Source of the DNA: Promethearchaeota archaeon
GTDB lineage: Archaea; Asgardarchaeota; Hermodarchaeia; Hermodarchaeales; Hermodarchaeaceae
Length of the DNA stretch: 32,000 nt
Assembly: GCA_048938295.1 (NCBI GenBank)
Contig: JBHLMI010000020.1
Span: forward strand, 11,796 to 43,795
Direction: 5' to 3'
Numbering within the stretch: the stretch's first letter is position 1; each line of letters opens with the position of its first letter. Both the position numbers and the translations under genes were made by a program. Positions 17,323-24,327 of the stretch are shown in pieces. The notes below the pieces were generated by a model. The model saw only the letters and a list, made by a program, of their open reading frames with translations. It ran no database searches and was not told where the DNA came from.

Positions 17323-18312
17323 ATGGCAAAACATTGCATAAATTGTGGCGCACAGCTTAACATCCATCCAACGGATGCGATTATCACCTGTAACTATTGT
17401 GGTACTTCATTCACCCCTGAAGGGACAAGAATGAAGGAGCATTTTGCACTGGGAGTGAATTACACTCAAAGTGAGGCGCTTGATACTCTCAAAGCGTACC
17501 TGGTGAAGGTTCCTGGCGTCTCAGATGATTTAGCCTTACAAATCCAATTGCAGGATCTCTCAATGACCTACTACCCCTATTGGACTGTAACTGTTCAAGG
17601 GGATGTTGCCTACAAGGGAATTGACCGAAAAGCCTCATTCCGGGGCCAATCTGGTGGACGTTATTCAAGTATCCATTGGGAATGGGTTGCTGAATCCGGA
17701 CATCAAGAACAGACACGTCAAATCCGACTATACGCTGGACCCAAAACTCGTCCTGAAATAGTCAACTACCCGATTGCCACTCGGTCACGACGGTACTTCA
17801 ATTTCGAAGAAGTCCAGCAATATACAGGGAACGTGCTGTTTTCAAAGGTCTCAGAAGAAGATGCACGACAACAGGCAATCGCTGCTACACGTAATATGAT
17901 CTTTGCAAGGATAAAGCGAGAAACGGAAAAAATCGATGATACCCGGGAAAACTTTCAGGTCACCGACCAAGCCTACATCCACGTGCCCATCTATCATGTC
18001 AAATTCTCAGTTGGTGGAAACAAAAGCTATGAAGCAGCCCTTGATGCATCGAACGGTCGAGTTATTTATACCCAGATTCCCACCACCGCAGGATTCAAAG
18101 TGAAGACCATCGGCATGTCCCTTATATGGTTCCTTCTCACCATTGCAGGTGCCATCCTGACGTATTTAGGTTATTCTGAATTTTCACTCCTGGGACTCAC
18201 TCCAGCATATCTCTTCTACGCCGGTCTTGGACTGACGATCATTCCGTTGCTATTAGCCTTGATGACGATATTTTATGCCTCACGAAAAACCGCAGCAGAA
18301 CGAGCGCAATAG
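17323..18312 (+). CDS. Zn-ribbon protein with two C-terminal TM helices (YdjG-like), copy 2
   Basis: CINCGA...TCNYCG; YPYW; VPIY..KF.....Y...LDASNG.V; two TM helices; 23-nt gap with SD GGTGA; same 329-aa length as copy 1. Confidence 0.75.
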   Translation: MAKHCINCGAQLNIHPTDAIITCNYCGTSFTPEGTRMKEHFALGVNYTQSEALDTLKAYLVKVPGVSDDLALQIQLQDLSMTYYPYWTVTVQGDVAYKGIDRKASFRGQSGGRYSSIHWEWVAESGHQEQTRQIRLYAGPKTRPEIVNYPIATRSRRYFNFEEVQQYTGNVLFSKVSEEDARQQAIAATRNMIFARIKRETEKIDDTRENFQVTDQAYIHVPIYHVKFSVGGNKSYEAALDASNGRVIYTQIPTTAGFKVKTIGMSLIWFLLTIAGAILTYLGYSEFSLLGLTPAYLFYAGLGLTIIPLLLALMTIFYASRKTAAERAQ

Positions 18313-18419
18313 AAACCTGCCACATATGTCTACAACTGGTCACACACAGTCGATGTAGCGAATACCATCAATACTTGGGTATCAATTATGCTTCTCGTAG
18401 AAATCAGCTAGGTTGGCGA

Positions 18420-18434
18420 GATTTTATAAGGTCT
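18420..18434 (+). promoter_or_regulatory. TATA box of the helical-protein gene
   Basis: TTTTATAA at 18422-18429, about 35 nt before the start. Confidence 0.55.
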
Positions 18435-18464
18435 CAACCCAATGCCTAGATAGCGACCATCGAG

Positions 18465-19019
18465 GTGATCTCCTTGGGAGATAAAGATAAACCATCCATT
18501 ATGGAAAAAGTCGATGACGAACGCACTCTAACACAGAAAATCATGAAATTAATTCCCGGATGGCGGGGATACCGGATCAAGGAAGAACGGCGGAATGCCG
18601 ATCGAATTCTTCGTGACCAAATCGTCAACCGTCTACGAGAATCCACAGATAAAATTCAAGATATTCGTTCTGCTGTCGTGGAAAACGATATTGAAGAGGC
18701 CTACCGAATGGTTGACTCAGTTATGAGTCGAACGGAGAAGCTCATCAGCCAAATCGAACATGCGGATTATGGATACCGTCCCTTCTTTGACGCCATCAAA
18801 ATCAAAGAAGACGATTTAGAGAATATGCTCCGCTACGACAGTTGGTTTGTAGAGAACGTCCAAACCTTCGATCAACGCTGTGACGATGTCCTGACGTTGA
18901 TTGAAGATGATGCCGATGAAGCAATAGGTCACATCAAGGATCTTCGAAAAATGGTTTCGAAAATGAACCTCCAGTGGAAGGAACGAGAACAAGTCATCAT
19001 GGGTATTGAAGTCGTTTAA
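18465..19019 (+). CDS. Soluble, all-alpha/coiled-coil hypothetical protein
   Basis: IPGWRGYRIKEERRNADRILR...; charged heptad-like helices, no TM; followed by a T-rich tract. Confidence 0.8.
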   Translation: MISLGDKDKPSIMEKVDDERTLTQKIMKLIPGWRGYRIKEERRNADRILRDQIVNRLRESTDKIQDIRSAVVENDIEEAYRMVDSVMSRTEKLISQIEHADYGYRPFFDAIKIKEDDLENMLRYDSWFVENVQTFDQRCDDVLTLIEDDADEAIGHIKDLRKMVSKMNLQWKEREQVIMGIEVV

Positions 19020-19051
19020 CTAACTGGTTGCGACTACTGCCCCTGAAGTGT

Positions 19052-19082
19052 GTCCTTCCATTCTTTTTCTCTTTTTATTTCT
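19052..19082 (+). terminator. T-rich archaeal-type terminator
   Basis: TTCTTTTTCTCTTTTTATTTC, about 40 nt after the stop at 19019. Confidence 0.5.
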
Positions 19083-19280
19083 TCAAGTCAATAAAAGCCG
19101 TCGAGGATTTTTATGGATTCAAAGTGATCGACCATCTTGCCTTCCAATTCCCTTTTCGAGAGACTCGTAGAACGACTCTAAAGGGAGTTGTAGTTGAATA
19201 CTTATTTCATAATAAAAATCAATGAATCTTATTTTTCTAAACTGACTTGAATTTTAATGAGTGTTTAAAAGGAAGAAGAC

Positions 19281-20585
19281 TTGACACTATTAACAAAGTT
19301 TGACAGGTATAACAGGATGCCCTTCACCACAACAATTGATGAAAACTTGGCTCGTGGACGTAAAGCCATCAAAAGGGCTTCAATTGTTGTTTCACTCTTA
19401 ATCATTACATGGTTTCTCATAGCACACCTTTCGGGAAGCCTTGGCCTTTTAGCAAAGGGAGTCGACTCGATCTCAGATCTGATTGCCATTATCACAGTGT
19501 TTCTTGGATTATGGCTCGCTCAACGAGATCCCAACCAAAAATATCCCTATGGTTATTTCAAGGCAGAATCATTAGCAGCCCTGATTGTCGCAGTCTTTAT
19601 CTTTATAACGGGTTTAGGTGTGCTTTGGCAAGCAATCCAACGAATATTCATTCCAATAGAACTACGCTTCATCGATCTGGCATTAGTGGTTTCAATTGCA
19701 TCAATTCCAATCATCTTTGTCATGTCCTGGTATCTGAAAAAAATTGGTCGAGAAACTAGGAGTAATGCAGTATATAATAAGGGTCAAGAATTTCAAATGG
19801 ATATTTTGGCCTCGATTGCTGTTATCTTAGGATTGGTCTTTGCTTTAGTTGGATTACCATGGGTTGAATCCATTGTGGGATTTATAATTGGTCTGTTGAT
19901 TCTTAGAAGTAGTTTCCAATTGGCATATGAATCAATACTCGTCCTAATGGATGCTGGGCAAGATCTCGAAAAGATAAAGGCTATTGAACAACTCGCTGTA
20001 CCTGTTCTTGGTGTCCTTGGTGTTCATGACATAAAGTTACGAAGAGCAGGACCAATTTATTTTGGAGAAATGCACCTTGAAGTTGCTGGTAAAACAACGG
20101 TCCTCCAATCACATCGCCTCACAGAAGAAATCGAAGCACGAGTCAAAGAAGTGTACCCTGAAGTTCTTTCAGTTCTCGTTCATGTGGAGCCAGTAACACC
20201 TATCACCTTCCGCGTCGCATTTCCCGTAGACTCTCAGAATGCCACTCCCCAATCCAAGCCTAGCTCGGTATTTGGATTTGTTGATTTTTTCCTGATAATG
20301 GATATTCAACAGGAACAAATCTCACTCTGGGAGATTGTACCAAACCCTGCTTCACAACAGGAGAAAGAACGTGGGAAAGACACAGCGAAACTACTCATCG
20401 ATGCAAAGGTAGAGGTTGTCTTTGCGGAGAGAATGGGCGAAACCCCCCTAAGCATTCTCCGAAACCACTTGATCCGCGTTTATAAACAGGAGTCCAAGGC
20501 TAGCTGCCAAGAGAACCTCAAATACTTCTTTGCTGACCAACTGGATTATCTTACACCCAAAGAAACGACAGACCACCACAAGTAG
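19281..20585 (+). CDS. Cation diffusion facilitator (FieF-like) fused to a NifB/NifX-like (Nitro_FeMo-Co) C-terminal domain
   Basis: VDSISD, YPYGYFKAESLAAL, ZT_dimer motifs HDIKLRRAG and VLVHVEP, then RVAFPV...FG....I.D...PNP...G...A.LL....V.VV....MG. Confidence 0.9.
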   Translation: MTLLTKFDRYNRMPFTTTIDENLARGRKAIKRASIVVSLLIITWFLIAHLSGSLGLLAKGVDSISDLIAIITVFLGLWLAQRDPNQKYPYGYFKAESLAALIVAVFIFITGLGVLWQAIQRIFIPIELRFIDLALVVSIASIPIIFVMSWYLKKIGRETRSNAVYNKGQEFQMDILASIAVILGLVFALVGLPWVESIVGFIIGLLILRSSFQLAYESILVLMDAGQDLEKIKAIEQLAVPVLGVLGVHDIKLRRAGPIYFGEMHLEVAGKTTVLQSHRLTEEIEARVKEVYPEVLSVLVHVEPVTPITFRVAFPVDSQNATPQSKPSSVFGFVDFFLIMDIQQEQISLWEIVPNPASQQEKERGKDTAKLLIDAKVEVVFAERMGETPLSILRNHLIRVYKQESKASCQENLKYFFADQLDYLTPKETTDHHK

Positions 20586-20719
20586 ATCCAAGTCTATGTT
20601 ATTCCCAAAACAAAAATCGTTCAAAAAAGCAAAGTCGTAAAGTTGAAAAGGCTGAGCACGAATTGCAACACAGACCTTCTGTACCTTCCAAACTTGGATT
20701 TCCAGAGGGAGAAATCAAC

Positions 20720-21715
20720 ATGCCCGAAATAATCGAATGGAAAAACATGCGAAAGAACGACATCGTCTATCGATGGCCCAATGACCTCGTGAAATGGGGC
20801 AGCCAATGCCTCGTTCGCGAAAACCAAGCTGCCGTCTTCTACCGCGACGGCAAAGCCCTCGACGTAATGGGCGTTGGGCGCCACACCCTCACCACCGCTA
20901 ATGTTCCGATTCTCACAGGAATTCTACGCCGTATTGCAGGTTTCGACAAATCCCCCTTCAACGCTGAAGTCATCTTCCTAAACACGACCAAATTCCAAGG
21001 CAAATTCGGTGGCAAAGGCCAAACCCGTGATTTAGCTCCCCTCCAGTTCCATGGAGAATTTTGGTTCGAAGTGGAGGATGCACAAATCTTTGTTAACGAA
21101 GTCGTCGCTGGAGAAAACTACACCACTCAAGATGTTACCGACTTCATTCGGTCCAAATTCGTCGAACTCGCCATGGATGAACTCGCTGGCTATACCCTAC
21201 AAAACGCCATGACCCGCCTTGACGAAACCAGCATGAAAACCAAAACCATCCTCTCCGACAAGTTCGAAGAATACGGCCTTAAACTTCTAGACATGGCCTT
21301 CGCTGGAATGGACACTTCACCCGAATACCGCGAGCGCCTCTTCTTTGCCGTCCAAGGCGTCTCCGGCAACCAAGTTCTCACCGCTGAAACCATGCGCCGC
21401 AGCGCCGAAGCCCTCGGCCAAGGTGGCGGCGGAGGAGCTGCAGCTGGTGCTGGCATCGTCCTCATCCCACAACTCGCTGAAATGATGCGCCAATCCCAGA
21501 AGCCCCAAGAACAAGGCGTCACTCATGTCGCCTGCCCCTTCTGCGGCGCTGCAATGCCGCTGAAAGACGGTAAGCCTCCGAAATTCTGTTCAGAATGCGG
21601 AAAACAACTTCGTCAGGAAGTTGATGCACGGGTGAAAGCCAAGAAGTTTTGCCCAGAATGCGGGGCGCCTGCTTCGAAAGGGAAGTTTTGCAGTGAGTGT
21701 GGTGCTGAGCTTTAA
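20720..21715 (+). CDS. SPFH (band-7, YdjI/virion-core-like) domain protein with four C-terminal CxxC knuckles
   Basis: IVYRWP....KWGSQCLVRENQAAVFYRDGKA.D....GRHTL.T.N.P, SPF.AEV.F.N, G.F; tail CPFCG, CSECG, CPECG, CSECG; start refined to ATG 20720. Confidence 0.88.
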   Translation: MPEIIEWKNMRKNDIVYRWPNDLVKWGSQCLVRENQAAVFYRDGKALDVMGVGRHTLTTANVPILTGILRRIAGFDKSPFNAEVIFLNTTKFQGKFGGKGQTRDLAPLQFHGEFWFEVEDAQIFVNEVVAGENYTTQDVTDFIRSKFVELAMDELAGYTLQNAMTRLDETSMKTKTILSDKFEEYGLKLLDMAFAGMDTSPEYRERLFFAVQGVSGNQVLTAETMRRSAEALGQGGGGGAAAGAGIVLIPQLAEMMRQSQKPQEQGVTHVACPFCGAAMPLKDGKPPKFCSECGKQLRQEVDARVKAKKFCPECGAPASKGKFCSECGAEL

Positions 21716-21718
21716 GTA

Positions 21719-21758
21719 GACAAGAGGGCAGGTGGCCCTCTTTGTCCTTATTTTCTTT
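21719..21758 (+). terminator. GC-rich hairpin plus T tract after the SPFH gene
   Basis: GACAAGAGGGC-AGGTG-GCCCTC(T)TTGTC followed by CTTATTTTCTTT. Confidence 0.65.
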
Positions 21759-21869
21759 GTAGGGGTCCTAGGGGACCTGTTCTAGTTTTTATACGGGATT
21801 GTCAATCGTGCTTGTCTAGGAGGACAGTTGTTCTTTTCATTTTGCTTATATACACTCGTTGAGTAAGGA

Positions 21870-23300
21870 TTGAGGCTAGCGAACTGTGTGTTGTGTGGTT
21901 CTAGGTTGAAAGGGTATGCTAAATGGCTAACATTTGCCCTGTTCGGGTTTTGCCTATTATTCTTCATATCTCCAGTTCAGGTGGGTGCGCAACCACCAGA
22001 AAGCTGGGTGCCTGGTAGTGAACGCCACTTCTTTGGCCATACCTTCGCTGAGGATTCGTGGACTAATGATTCCATAGTTTTTGAATCAGTAGAGAACGCT
22101 TCGGTCCAATTCATCGCCAGTTACCTGAACTATAAGGAAGGACCACGTTCATTTCAGGCCATGCTCCTAGCACTAGGAGTGATTGAGAACGAAAACGGTA
22201 CACAATCGACGCTTCCTTACCAGCTCTTCGGGTTGCATTTCACGACGAAGGGAGGACGGGATATCTTCGCCGGTTCGTTGTTAGCTTTCTTATTTGGATT
22301 CAATGACACTGATCACAACGGAATTCCAAGCCCTGGCGAGAACCGGTTTTTCATCATCCCGTATGGATATAATGAGGGGAACGCGACGGAGCCATTAACG
22401 GTCGAAGCGATTCCTGTGACGAAGTTGGGAGATGACCACTATCAGTTTGGGATTCGGTATCGGAACTTGTATGGTCGGTTGGTGTCAGCGAATAGTGAGG
22501 CTGATTTTTTGTGGACATTGATTGTTCCGTTCTTTGAAATCTCATTTAGCGAATTGACAGTAGTTTACGATGTCCAAGTAGATGTCGAGAGTGGAGAAAT
22601 CACCACTGAAACCTATTATACGATAGGTCAGGTTACCGAATTTCGGTTTCTTGGTATTCCAGTGCCCAACTTCCACGAGTCACTGAAGGATGTGGGAATC
22701 GGTGTTGCCCATTTGGGCATCATCTTGACAACTAGATATTATGCACGAACCGTTCCCTCAACGCCGATAAGTGGAACGGATCACACCCTTGTCAATATCT
22801 CGACGGACGCGGCGGGACGAAATCGAGCTTTCGCTGTGACCACTTGGGGAACCTACGATGTTCTCAATGAAAGTACACAGCCCATTTCACTAGTTCAAAG
22901 TGGCCTTCCCGCGTACAGTTGGATTCTCACCCCACAGCCAATTGACTTGGTCCTTTTACTCTGGCAGTTACCGATTTCAGCTAACATTTTCAGCATTTTT
23001 GCCTATGCCATGAGCGCGTACCTTCAAGACAATTTCGATGGGCCGCGAGACGTATATAATAACGCAGATCTAATCTTCAATGGCGCCGCTTTCTGGTATG
23101 GGACCACGTTTCCTAAATCGCAGGGGTATCGTGTTGAGTATGATCCCGTTTATACCGCGTTTTCAAATATCGGACAAGCCACGAATGTTCTGGGAGTGGT
23201 CCTCATCGGAACAGTGGTATTAGTCGCACTCATTATTGTGGTTCTACGCGTAGTGCGATCTAATGGCCGTAAGAAGCTCGCAGCTGAAATGGAAGCGTAA
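21870..23300 (+). CDS. Secreted, C-terminally membrane-anchored glycoprotein of unknown family, paralog A
   Basis: Signal peptide (...LLFFISPVQVGA-QPP), at least 7 N-x-S/T sequons, DTDHNG motif, C-terminal TM plus basic tail; start possibly TTG 21906. Confidence 0.85.
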   Translation: MRLANCVLCGSRLKGYAKWLTFALFGFCLLFFISPVQVGAQPPESWVPGSERHFFGHTFAEDSWTNDSIVFESVENASVQFIASYLNYKEGPRSFQAMLLALGVIENENGTQSTLPYQLFGLHFTTKGGRDIFAGSLLAFLFGFNDTDHNGIPSPGENRFFIIPYGYNEGNATEPLTVEAIPVTKLGDDHYQFGIRYRNLYGRLVSANSEADFLWTLIVPFFEISFSELTVVYDVQVDVESGEITTETYYTIGQVTEFRFLGIPVPNFHESLKDVGIGVAHLGIILTTRYYARTVPSTPISGTDHTLVNISTDAAGRNRAFAVTTWGTYDVLNESTQPISLVQSGLPAYSWILTPQPIDLVLLLWQLPISANIFSIFAYAMSAYLQDNFDGPRDVYNNADLIFNGAAFWYGTTFPKSQGYRVEYDPVYTAFSNIGQATNVLGVVLIGTVVLVALIIVVLRVVRSNGRKKLAAEMEA

Positions 23301-23425
23301 GGTGTTGACGATATGTATAAAGGCGCAATTTCCTCAGTGAGTATAGAAGGTGGCTACTCCAACTTTTACGGAGAGCAGTCTATGGACTTTAAGTTATGAC
23401 AAGATACTGGGGATGAAACCGACCA

Positions 23426-24172
23426 ATGACGGATTTGGACGAATTTCTTACTGCGATTGGCCATCCGTTACGTCGTCAAATCCTTGAAACTGTCTACGAA
23501 ACCCCAGGTATCTCCTATTCACAAATCCTTGCGCGAATGAATATTTCCAGCGGTAAACTTAATTTCCATTTACAGCGGTTGGAACCGTTTCTTGCCCAAG
23601 TTAATGGTGAATACCAGATTTCTAATGAAGGTTTGAAGCTGTATCGGACATGGAAAATGCTGGAAGGTCGCCTCAGCGGAACCCAAATCACAGGCACGGC
23701 TACTCCTGGACTTTTTGTAGGTCGTCGGACGTTGGCATTTCTTATCGACGTCATATTAATCCTGTCTGTGCTATTCATTGCAGCAGATTTTTCGTCAGCA
23801 TTCACATTAGTTCCAGCTTGGTGGCTCAGTGGATTTCCCCTGCCCCTTTTCGTCACAAGGATTGTTGACACGTTTCTAATCTACCCCGATTTGACAGTTG
23901 TCCTGATCCGTGCCTTCATTGTGGCGATTTTGTGGATGTATTTCACCTTACTAGAGGGCTATCGGGGACAATCACTTGGTAAGATGATACTGGGGATTCG
24001 CATCGTAGATGTGAGTGGTGCCCGTGTCGCTCAACAACCCGCGGCAATCCGGGCTCTCACTAAGGTGCTCATCTTACCTTTCGACATTCTGGTAGGACTA
24101 ATTAAATCACGTAAGGCAGGATTTCTCCGGTTCTTCGGGCAATATACTCGGAGCTGGGTTGTTCGGAACTAA
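23426..24172 (+). CDS. ArsR-like winged-HTH fused to an RDD-family membrane domain
   Basis: AIGHPLRRQIL...ISYSQI...ISSGKLNFHL..L wHTH; RRTLAFLID...YFTLLEG..GQSLGKM.LGIRIV...R RDD motifs. Confidence 0.88.
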   Translation: MTDLDEFLTAIGHPLRRQILETVYETPGISYSQILARMNISSGKLNFHLQRLEPFLAQVNGEYQISNEGLKLYRTWKMLEGRLSGTQITGTATPGLFVGRRTLAFLIDVILILSVLFIAADFSSAFTLVPAWWLSGFPLPLFVTRIVDTFLIYPDLTVVLIRAFIVAILWMYFTLLEGYRGQSLGKMILGIRIVDVSGARVAQQPAAIRALTKVLILPFDILVGLIKSRKAGFLRFFGQYTRSWVVRN

Positions 24173-24206
24173 CCAACCCGTTCTACTCGGAAAATCTTAG
24201 TAAACC

Positions 24207-24250
24207 TTAGTTTTCTAGACTGAAAACTAAACTTATCAGCTTCTTTAAAT
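24207..24250 (+). promoter_or_regulatory. Palindromic operator plus TATA box of paralog B
   Basis: Perfect TTAGTTTTC-N6-GAAAACTAA (24207-24230), 13 nt upstream of TTTAAAT (24244-24250). Confidence 0.6.
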
Positions 24251-24327
24251 TCGTCATTTGAGAGGGAGAGCTAACGAGCAAACACTTGCCGATAACGGTA
24301 AAGATGTGCTTAAAATTGATAAGCAAA

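Noticed and set aside
19028-19225. 65-aa ORF in the AT-rich gap
   Set aside because: Phe-rich translation of a T-tract, no SD and no recognisable motif.
21761-21778. GGTCC-TAGG-GGACC mini-hairpin
   Set aside because: A 5-bp stem only; not distinguishable from chance.
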